Below, piece after piece: positions 19,711 to 27,208 of a DNA stretch of 32,589 nt. The notes under the pieces were generated by a model that ran no database searches, was not told the DNA's origin, and worked only from the letters and a program-made list of their open reading frames with translations. Source of the stretch: Deferribacterales bacterium (lineage in GTDB: Bacteria; Chrysiogenota; Deferribacteres; Deferribacterales; Geovibrionaceae); the NCBI GenBank assembly GCA_050253335.1, contig JBFWJG010000028.1, positions 1 to 32,589 on the forward strand, in the 5' to 3' direction. Every line of letters begins with the position of its first letter. The stretch's first letter is position 1. The position numbers were made by a program, and so were the translations under genes.

Positions 19711-22700
19711 TTAAATTATCCATTCATTTCTAATATCATCGAACTCATCATCCGAAGCACATATAGATTCCCATATCCGTATAACTTCAGGAATCGGCTT
19801 ATCGTTACGTAAATAGTATTTATAAAGCTCAAATGATAAACCTGCTGCTGCTTGACGAATATGCAGTTTTTCTGAAAAGCTCCAATATGCAGTCTCGTCT
19901 TCCTGAATATTTGCAAGATTGTCTAAGACCAGCAAGATTACTTCTTCAAAATTATTTCCATACTCATATAGCATTTCTCGAATAATAGCTCTCAAACTGC
20001 TTAAAACACTATTCATAGCTATTGCCGTTTTCCACAATGCCATTTGGGCTATAACCATACACAATTGATTTATTTCTTCTTTCTCTAATAAGTCACTATG
20101 TTTTCTCAACACATATAATATCCCACTCAATGCATTTACAATATTAGCTTCACTGCCAGATGTTAAATTTAAAACTGCATTTTTAACATATCTAGGCTTC
20201 GTCTCTGGGAAAATATGCAAAAATGCACTCATCAAATGTAAATCCGGCACTCCGTATTCTTTAAACTCTTTAATTATTCGCACTAAGTCAGCCTTCGTTT
20301 TATTGGTATTAATCATTTCAAACCTTGGTGCAATAAAATGTATAAGCACTTCAGATAATCTATTGAAGCGACTAAGGAACTCATTCTTCATATCAAAAAT
20401 AGCTACAGGCTTGTTTTCATTTTTTAATCTGTCTTTATCATGGTCCCACCATTTCACAAGACGATTAAATACCATCAGCGTGTCTTCATAACTCCATGGG
20501 AAGTCTTCTCTAACACTCATTAGCTCAAAACAAACAGGAATGTTTCCAAGATAACCACTGTAACCACTGCCACTTTCTAAAGGGAAATCTTTTTTCTTAA
20601 TATATTCTATAAACAACGGTGTAGGATCTACATTCTCCGGATGCGGGAACTCCAAAAAGACAAATTTGTAATAATTATGAAAAGACGGAAATCCTGTATT
20701 ATCAGTTTGAGACCAGACAGCATTAGAAAAAGCATTTACCTGCTGTGCATTAAGCAATTTTAAATCAAAGAGTGTCATAAGAGTGTATATATACCAGCTC
20801 CTTCGATAGTCCTTTTCAACACTCACTCTTTTTATTAATCCATATATTATATTCTCTTCAATATATGGTCGCTCAAGGTTTTCTATTTCAGATATATCCA
20901 ACCTCAACATATTAAGAGGATTCAAGCTTAGAATATGTTCCTGATAAGTAAAAACGGGAACAGGAAATTCAAGTAGTCGAGGAATTATTTCAAACTGCTT
21001 TGACACTGAATATGAACTAATAAGCCTCTCAGCTAGATGCCTAACACCATCATCATTAATTTGCTTTGGAAATTTATAAAGTTCAGCTAAAACATCTAAC
21101 AGTTTGTCTTTCTTATCTTCCGAACATTTACAGCATAGCCTAGATAAAATCTCAGGAATTAAAGCTAATCTACTCCCGTTGTTACTATTAATATTAAAGT
21201 TATCAAAGTAAACATCCTCTTGAACCTGTTTAAGAATAGAAAGATAATTATCCACATATCCATCAATAAATTCTCTTTTCATTGCAGATATCGATTCTCT
21301 GTTAAAAATAAGTTCTACTGCTTTCATCTCTTCAATTCTAATCAAAGTGACAACAGCCCAATATGGAGAATCCCTATTAATTCTTTCTAAAGTATGTTGC
21401 GCCTCTGAAGTCGCAAATACACAATGTCCTACTCTAAAGGGGAGTCCTACATCCTCACAAAACTTAAGAAAATTATAAGCTATCAGTTTATCTTCATCAT
21501 AATATCCATACATTGTACCTGAACGGCTATAACTTCCTAAATCAAACCCTTCTTTAACAGTAATTTCTTTTTTCTCAGTATACTGGTGGTTCAGTTTGGT
21601 AGATAAAAATTTAAATTCTAAATCAGGCTCGCATTTAAATTGCTTCAAGGCATGGTATCTTTCTTCGATAATGGAATTCTCTTTTTCATATTCATCTGCA
21701 GAAAATTCAAAGACCAATGAGGCAAATCTAATTCTCTCCAACAAAAACATTACATACGATTCCTGAGATAATAATGAAAATCTGCTAAGATTCTTATTTT
21801 TGTTGTTGTGTAAACGAATGTTAATTAGGGCATTTTCAATAATTTCTACAGCTTCAGAAACTAAACCAATCTCAGCGAGAATACAGGCTCTCTTCGCCTG
21901 CCAAAACGGCAATGAAGAGTCTACAGTCCAATTCTTAAGTCTGTTAACAAGCTCGTTCAAATCAAGCCTGAATAAAGAATCCAGAACCAACTCATATTTA
22001 TATCTTGCTTTGTATTCCGAAGTTTGCTTTATCAATATTTTTTCAATTTGAGATTTTATAATTTCCCATTCTTCAAATAAACCTTCTTCCCGATAAAAAC
22101 GCAGCAAAGAAAGCAATAGATCGCAAGCCATTTGATATATATCTTCTTCATCCACTGTCAGTTTTCCATCACATGATTCGATTTTTAAAAAGAATTCTAA
22201 AATGAAAGAGTGCAAAAAATTTACTAATTCACTTTCTAAAGGACAAAGAGATTTTTCTAGTCTCCATACAAGTTCGTAGGCATATTTAAAGAAGGTTATA
22301 TTCTCAAAGGAACTTTGTTTTCGTTTGTAGTGTGTGGCACGAAATAAATTATTTCGAATTCCTTCTGGAACAATTATCCATCCGGGATAACTGAGCCTTT
22401 GTTCTTTCCAGCAAGCAGTATATTTCTCTAATTCTTCATTATTAAGTATTCTATCACTAGTAAGCGAATCTTTATTCTTTTTAGGCCAGTCAAGCAGATC
22501 ACGAGACTTCCTTTCAAACTCCATATATTCAACAAATTTATCCAATGCTTCGTAGTGACTCTGAGAATCCTCACAGCATACTGACATATCCACTGCCATA
22601 ATATTTCTTTTTTCTAAAAGACGTTTTTCTGTGTCTGAGAAATTAAATATACCAACGAGATAGATTTTAGATGAATTTGACTCCCCTAAATTATCTCTTA

Positions 22701-23364
22701 TCCACCCTATCCATTGCAGAAAATTTGGATCATCTCCAGAAAAACCTATTAAACAAAAAGTATTTTCAATAAGAGACTGTTGAACGGTGTTCACAAAGGG
22801 AGCGAACTCTTTTGGATATTTTCTGTAATCTTCCTCTGTTATTATAAATGGGCGTGCATCTGGAAAGCTTCCGTGTAGCTTAATAATTCTGGGTTGCTCA
22901 GCATATATTAACCCATTTATGTCAACCACTGGAGTATAGTTTCTTTGAACAATTGTTTGCGCAGTCCTTTCAAGTAAAGTGTCGTAATTTGTGGTAAAAA
23001 TATCAACCCAAGGTAACTCAAGGAGCTTTTTGTGAAGTTCGGAAGGAGAATAATCAATATCAGGAACAGACTCGATAATCATCTGTTCCAGTACAGCACG
23101 ACCAAAAGTAGCCTGAACTTCTTCCGCCAGTTTTAGAATGTTTAAATATTTTTTTTCTTTAACATTTCTGGTTGGAACTCTAATTTTTTCATAAAACAAG
23201 TCACCTAGCTGAGACCAATCAGGAAAAGTTCTAGCACCGACATAACTCCCACTCGCATTACGGCTAAAGCCTGAACCAACCATAATAGCGGCATGACCAT
23301 TAAAAAGTCGTTGAGCAATTTCATTAAGATAAACCTGTATTTGAGCGGGAAAATTGTCTTTCAT
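19711..23364 (-). CDS. SIR2-domain anti-phage NADase, defence-associated sirtuin Dsr1-like
   Basis: AAIMVGSGFS, IFTTNYDTLLE, IIKLHGS and LIGFSGDDPNF SIR2 motifs plus a ~900-aa helical C-terminus; visibly AT-rich. Confidence 0.85.
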   Translation of the reverse strand: MKDNFPAQIQVYLNEIAQRLFNGHAAIMVGSGFSRNASGSYVGARTFPDWSQLGDLFYEKIRVPTRNVKEKKYLNILKLAEEVQATFGRAVLEQMIIESVPDIDYSPSELHKKLLELPWVDIFTTNYDTLLERTAQTIVQRNYTPVVDINGLIYAEQPRIIKLHGSFPDARPFIITEEDYRKYPKEFAPFVNTVQQSLIENTFCLIGFSGDDPNFLQWIGWIRDNLGESNSSKIYLVGIFNFSDTEKRLLEKRNIMAVDMSVCCEDSQSHYEALDKFVEYMEFERKSRDLLDWPKKNKDSLTSDRILNNEELEKYTACWKEQRLSYPGWIIVPEGIRNNLFRATHYKRKQSSFENITFFKYAYELVWRLEKSLCPLESELVNFLHSFILEFFLKIESCDGKLTVDEEDIYQMACDLLLSLLRFYREEGLFEEWEIIKSQIEKILIKQTSEYKARYKYELVLDSLFRLDLNELVNRLKNWTVDSSLPFWQAKRACILAEIGLVSEAVEIIENALINIRLHNNKNKNLSRFSLLSQESYVMFLLERIRFASLVFEFSADEYEKENSIIEERYHALKQFKCEPDLEFKFLSTKLNHQYTEKKEITVKEGFDLGSYSRSGTMYGYYDEDKLIAYNFLKFCEDVGLPFRVGHCVFATSEAQHTLERINRDSPYWAVVTLIRIEEMKAVELIFNRESISAMKREFIDGYVDNYLSILKQVQEDVYFDNFNINSNNGSRLALIPEILSRLCCKCSEDKKDKLLDVLAELYKFPKQINDDGVRHLAERLISSYSVSKQFEIIPRLLEFPVPVFTYQEHILSLNPLNMLRLDISEIENLERPYIEENIIYGLIKRVSVEKDYRRSWYIYTLMTLFDLKLLNAQQVNAFSNAVWSQTDNTGFPSFHNYYKFVFLEFPHPENVDPTPLFIEYIKKKDFPLESGSGYSGYLGNIPVCFELMSVREDFPWSYEDTLMVFNRLVKWWDHDKDRLKNENKPVAIFDMKNEFLSRFNRLSEVLIHFIAPRFEMINTNKTKADLVRIIKEFKEYGVPDLHLMSAFLHIFPETKPRYVKNAVLNLTSGSEANIVNALSGILYVLRKHSDLLEKEEINQLCMVIAQMALWKTAIAMNSVLSSLRAIIREMLYEYGNNFEEVILLVLDNLANIQEDETAYWSFSEKLHIRQAAAGLSFELYKYYLRNDKPIPEVIRIWESICASDDEFDDIRNEWII

Positions 23365-23504
23365 AATTTCACTTATTTATATGTATTTGAAAATTATAAG
23401 ATTTCTTACCATATCATAACTGAATTATAGCTGATAAACTTTAAAAATAAAATTATTAAAAGAATTTGATAGTCAGAATATGAACGAAATTATTACTACG
23501 ATAT

Positions 23505-23524
23505 TGCACAAAACATGCACAAAA
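23505..23524 (+). repeat. Tandem TGCACAAAA x2 (integrase arm-type-like), left of the att core
   Basis: tgcacaaaa-ca-tgcacaaaa. Confidence 0.5.
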
Positions 23525-23570
23525 AAAGAAAACAGATAGATAAAAGACTATGGAAAAAGAAAAGAAAAAA

Positions 23571-23593
23571 TCGGGGAAACAGGATTTGAACCT
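23571..23593 (-). mobile_element. att core: isolated 3' end of a tRNA, probably tRNA-Pro (T-loop plus acceptor strand)
   Basis: Minus strand AGGTTCAAATCCTGTTTCCCCGA; the CCCCG-A end is typical of bacterial tRNA-Pro; no 5' half adjacent. Confidence 0.75.
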
Positions 23594-23673
23594 AAAAAAA
23601 TGGCTCTATGTAATACAAAAAACCCTATAAACTCAAGAGTTAATATTACCATCTATTACATAATACCTCTGAA

Positions 23674-23697
23674 AGTGTGCCAAATAGTGTGCCAAAT
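23674..23697 (+). repeat. Tandem AGTGTGCCAAAT x2 (integrase arm-type-like), right of the att core
   Basis: Perfect 12-bp tandem repeat about 80 bp from the core. Confidence 0.6.
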
Positions 23698-23751
23698 TTA
23701 CAATGATATAGATGCTAATGATTCCCTTAATGTGAACAAAAGCTCCAGAAT

Positions 23752-24159
23752 CTAGGAGACGAGTCTGATCAAATCATCAACCAGTTTTTCGCTAATTTCG
23801 TTGCCGGATTGTTCGTAAAGAGTGGTTATTAGTTTTACCTTTTTATCCACAGAGAGAGCATGAAAAATATTTTCATATTTCTCGCCATATAATGTTTTGA
23901 ATATTTGGGAAAAGATATTTGAATCCTGTCCGGGCACCCTTTTGCCATTCACGATATAATCAATACTAAGTTCGCACTGCAAGCATACCCCAACCAACAG
24001 ATCCATGCTGATCGTGTTTTTCATGCGCCACTGAGAAATACTTCTTGGGTGTGTTCCGATCTTTTCTGCTAATTCATTATCCCTTTGAACAGACAGGGAC
24101 CCTTTCAGCCTTGTTATAATTCCCTCTATATCAAATTGAGCATTCTTACCTTTCATCAT
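23752..24159 (-). CDS. Phage CI-like repressor (HTH)
   Basis: IITRLK...DNELAEKIGTHPRSISQWRMKNTI...SIDYIVNG; GAAGGAG RBS before ATG 24159. Confidence 0.8.
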   Translation of the reverse strand: MMKGKNAQFDIEGIITRLKGSLSVQRDNELAEKIGTHPRSISQWRMKNTISMDLLVGVCLQCELSIDYIVNGKRVPGQDSNIFSQIFKTLYGEKYENIFHALSVDKKVKLITTLYEQSGNEISEKLVDDLIRLVS

Positions 24160-24254
24160 AACTCCTTCAAAACACAACAGAGCAATTATCTCTGTACATC
24201 TTAAATACAATACAAAATAACTCGCTGCAACACAGAATACCTTTTAAAGTTTAT

Positions 24255-24315
24255 AAACTACATTTTACATTGACAAAAGTAAAATACAGTTTATCTTTTT
24301 ATGAAAATATAGTTT
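24255..24315 (+). promoter_or_regulatory. Rightward phage promoter (TTGACA-16-TATCTT) flanked by operator-like repeats
   Basis: AAACTACATTTTAC / GTAAAATACAGTTT inverted repeat (12/14) around the -35; third half-site AAAATATAGTTT at 24304-24315. Confidence 0.65.
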
Positions 24316-24384
24316 TGGATAAAAAAGACACAAAAATGACCCGGGAATCCAAGTAAGAATATACATCAGCTAAGGAGGTACACG

Positions 24385-24525
24385 GTGACTGAGCTTGACG
24401 TAAAAATATTAGAAATCAAATCCCTTATCGATGATTTACAGGACATTGCATCTGACGACGAGATGGCTGAAGCACTCGATGATATCGGGAGCCACATCGA
24501 AGCCTTGCAAGACCTGTACGGTTAA
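24385..24525 (+). CDS. 46-aa highly acidic protein (not in the ORF track)
   Basis: TAAGGAGGT RBS; GTG start; MTELDVKILEIKSLIDDLQDIASDDEMAEALDDIGSHIEALQDLYG*. Confidence 0.75.
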   Translation: MTELDVKILEIKSLIDDLQDIASDDEMAEALDDIGSHIEALQDLYG

Positions 24526-24589
24526 AATCAGGGCGGGCCCCCGCCCTTAATAAAGCACTGGTTCTGTTTGGCCCCAGCGTCTTATTAAG

Positions 24590-24662
24590 GTGGGTATAGC
24601 TCAAGTGGTAGAGTACGTGCTTTGGGAGCATGTTGTTGCAGGTTCAAGTCCTGTTACCCGCA
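24590..24662 (+). tRNA. tRNA-Pro (anticodon TGG), phage-borne, no encoded CCA
   Basis: Cloverleaf GTGGGTA/TA/GCTC-AAGTGGTA-GAGT/A/CGTGC-TTTGGGA-GCATG/TTGTT/GCAGG-TTCAAGT-CCTGT/TACCCGC-A. Confidence 0.88.
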
Positions 24663-24707
24663 TATTTGTTTTCGGTTCGGTGCAAGTCCGACTACGGGTA
24701 TTTAAAT

Positions 24708-24780
24708 AGCCCTATGGCCGAAGAGGTAAGGCAACGGATTTTGATTCCGTGATGTGTAGGTTCGAGTCCTACTAGGGCCG
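24708..24780 (+). tRNA. tRNA-Gln (anticodon TTG), phage-borne, no encoded CCA
   Basis: Cloverleaf AGCCCTA/TG/GCC-GAAGAGGTAA-GGC/A/ACGGA-TTTTGAT-TCCGT/GATGT/GTAGG-TTCGAGT-CCTAC/TAGGGCC-G. Confidence 0.9.
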
Positions 24781-24801
24781 TTTATTTTAATGGAGGTTAA
24801 G

Positions 24802-24990
24802 ATGTCTGTAATCCACGGAGTTTTATGCAATCAATGCGGTGAAGTAATATTTTGGGAAGGAAACAAGAACAGTGGCTTTGTTATTGCACGAGCCAAAGAA
24901 GATGGATGGAAAGGCGGGTACCGTATAACAGATGAACACTTTTGTCCAGATTGCGTGGACGCGGGTTTTCATAAAGATAAGAAATCGTGA
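24802..24990 (+). CDS. Small phage Zn-finger protein (CxxC...CxxC)
   Basis: CNQCG...AKEDGW...HFCPDC; GGAGG RBS before ATG 24802. Confidence 0.75.
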   Translation: MSVIHGVLCNQCGEVIFWEGNKNSGFVIARAKEDGWKGGYRITDEHFCPDCVDAGFHKDKKS

Positions 24991-25002
24991 GCGAGCAGAG
25001 TT

Positions 25003-25923
25003 ATGGCAAGAATAGGTCTCGTAGATGTGGACAGCAAGATCCCGAATCTGGCCTTGATGAAGCTTAGTTCATGGCACAAGGCTCAAGGTGATGATGTGTT
25101 TCACTTCACACCGATTGAACATGCAATTGAGCCTTTTGACATAGTGTACGCCTCAAAGGTTTTTACCGGCTCGGCTGATAACGTTTATCTCCCTGAAGGT
25201 GCCATTTTAGGTGGTACAGGCTATGGATTAAATAACGCTTTGCCTGAAGAAATAGAGCATACCTGCCCTGATTACGAGCTGTATGGTGCCAATTATTCAA
25301 TGGGGTTTACTTCTCGAGGGTGTGTACGAAAATGCGGATTTTGCGTTGTTCCGGAGAAAGAAGGAAAGATACACGAGCATTCCCCGCTGTCAGAATTTAC
25401 ACGTCACAGAAAAGTCATTCTGATGGATAATAACTTTCTCGCCTCTCCCATGGCTGCCGAGAAGTTGATTGAAATAAAAGAAAAGAAGCTTCGGGTTGAT
25501 TTTAATCAAGGACTCGATATCCGCCTGATGACCCCCGAATTTGCTCGGCTCCTCACTGCTGCTAACCCATCAATATTGCGTTTTGCGTGGGATAATATGA
25601 CCGACGAGCCCGCAGTAAAAAATGGGCTGGCAATGCTGAGGGACGCGGGTTATCCCATAAACCACCGCAAAATCAGTTTTTATGTGCTCACCAATTATAA
25701 CACATCATTTGCGGATGATTTTTACAGGGTTAAATATCTGCACGCGCACGATATTGGCACGTTTGTAATGCTCTACGATAAAGAGCAGTCTACACAGCTA
25801 CAGCGTCAGTTTCAGAGTTGGGCTAATTTTGCGTGGGCGTGGTGCAGGTATGGTTTTGATAAATGGCTGAAAATAAAAAAAGTCAATATTGAAAATGCAA
25901 ATAATAGCATGGTGATGAAATAG
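25003..25923 (+). CDS. Phage-type radical SAM protein
   Basis: TSRGCVRKCGFC (CxxxCxxC), DNNFLA, FNQGLDIRL; N-terminal PNLALMKLSSWHK. Confidence 0.88.
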   Translation: MARIGLVDVDSKIPNLALMKLSSWHKAQGDDVFHFTPIEHAIEPFDIVYASKVFTGSADNVYLPEGAILGGTGYGLNNALPEEIEHTCPDYELYGANYSMGFTSRGCVRKCGFCVVPEKEGKIHEHSPLSEFTRHRKVILMDNNFLASPMAAEKLIEIKEKKLRVDFNQGLDIRLMTPEFARLLTAANPSILRFAWDNMTDEPAVKNGLAMLRDAGYPINHRKISFYVLTNYNTSFADDFYRVKYLHAHDIGTFVMLYDKEQSTQLQRQFQSWANFAWAWCRYGFDKWLKIKKVNIENANNSMVMK

Positions 25924-25959
25924 GAACCTTGAGTCAAGGTAATGAGCAGGTGAAATAAT

Positions 25960-26415
25960 ATGTGCGGAGAAATGAAACTTAGAGCATGGGACGGATTTCA
26001 TGAAAAAATGTCATACGGAGAAACAGAGCAGTTTGACGATATGCTTGGTTTCCGGTTCGACCATTTTGATACTGAAAAGCCTGTGTATATGAAATCTACC
26101 GGCATGTTCGACCAAAATGAAAAGGAAATATGGGGATCTGATATTGTTCGTATTCCCGTTGAAATAAACCAAGAATTACACGGGAAGTGGGCAGACTATG
26201 AAGTCGTTTACAGAAACGGCCAATGGATTGCCTCATATTTAAGTTCTGAAAAAGGGGCGGTCTTACCAAGAAACTATCTAGCTGGTCCGCTTATATTATA
26301 CAGAGAACACGATAAAGACGCATATTTTACTGATAATCGGCTTTTTCAGAAGATTGACGTTACAGTCGTCGGGAATATTTACGAAAACCCTGAATTGCTT
26401 GGAGTAAAGCCATGA
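25960..26415 (+). CDS. YopX-family phage protein
   Basis: KLRAWD, MKSTGMFDQNEKEIWGSDIV and VVGNIYENPELL motifs. Confidence 0.88.
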   Translation: MCGEMKLRAWDGFHEKMSYGETEQFDDMLGFRFDHFDTEKPVYMKSTGMFDQNEKEIWGSDIVRIPVEINQELHGKWADYEVVYRNGQWIASYLSSEKGAVLPRNYLAGPLILYREHDKDAYFTDNRLFQKIDVTVVGNIYENPELLGVKP

Positions 26416-26840
26416 CCTTTGAAAACTATCCGTGGAGCACGGACTATAAAAAACTGTGGAAATATATACAACATAAAATTGAATTTGAACAAAAGAATCC
26501 GAGTCAATTATTCCCTGATATAGGGTTAGTCTGTGTTTATGATGAAAAGTATCTCTCTGATATAACCTACCTATATTCACCGTGGGAACCGTTTACTGAA
26601 AAACCGTTGTCTTTGCATATAGGATTCGACCCTGTAAGCCAATGTTCAGGTGATATATCTGGATATGAAGAATTCGAAGCGTGGGCAAAGTCTATCAATA
26701 TTCGTTTTCTCGACCCTGCTGAAATATTATTTGGAAGTTGGTTCAAAGGCAGGGAGTGTGATTTCATTGAATTAAATTTTGGAAGCAACGTTGAAATACC
26801 TAAACAAGAGATTGTGGATCTCGAAAAGGACGGGGAATGA
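26412..26840 (+). CDS. Hypothetical phage protein, paralogue of 31260..31850
   Basis: ATGA overlap with YopX; YPWSTDYKKLW...HIGFDP...INIRFLDP. Confidence 0.75.
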   Translation: MTFENYPWSTDYKKLWKYIQHKIEFEQKNPSQLFPDIGLVCVYDEKYLSDITYLYSPWEPFTEKPLSLHIGFDPVSQCSGDISGYEEFEAWAKSINIRFLDPAEILFGSWFKGRECDFIELNFGSNVEIPKQEIVDLEKDGE

Positions 26841-27166
26841 TGGGCTGGAAAGCATTAAAAGAGAAATTCAAAATAGAACATATCGTTCAGGTAACATCAA
26901 AAGGCATATGTATCGGTTCAGGTTATGTCTCCGATCTGGCAGTTATAAATATTGAAAGCGGCGAAGTCGAAGTGAATAAAACTTTTCCTGAGTTTTTAGG
27001 GAGGTTTTATCCTGCACTGCTGCACGCGAACAGAGATGAAATTCTTGAACTTATTAAGGTTTCTGACAGCTTTGAGGGTTCTATTACCGTTTTCACATAT
27101 AAGGGTAGTGAGATTATAGAAAAAAGGTGTGAAGCGCGCCAAGAATACATCCATCTTACAGCTTAA
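26837..27166 (+). CDS. Hypothetical phage protein (possibly C-terminally truncated)
   Basis: ATGA overlap with the upstream gene; MGWK...HIVQVT..GICIGS. Confidence 0.65.
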   Translation: MMGWKALKEKFKIEHIVQVTSKGICIGSGYVSDLAVINIESGEVEVNKTFPEFLGRFYPALLHANRDEILELIKVSDSFEGSITVFTYKGSEIIEKRCEARQEYIHLTA

Positions 27167-27208
27167 CAGTGGAAGATTTTATAAACACTGCCCAATAAGG
27201 AATATTTT

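Noticed and set aside
23571..23593. Intact tRNA gene at the att site
   Set aside because: Only the T-loop and 3' acceptor strand are present; no D or anticodon arm
23505..23697. CRISPR array or iteron-type origin
   Set aside because: Only two copies of each short repeat, no spacers, and no cas or rep gene
24425..24631. 68-aa - strand ORF
   Set aside because: Antisense to the acidic small gene and to tRNA-Pro
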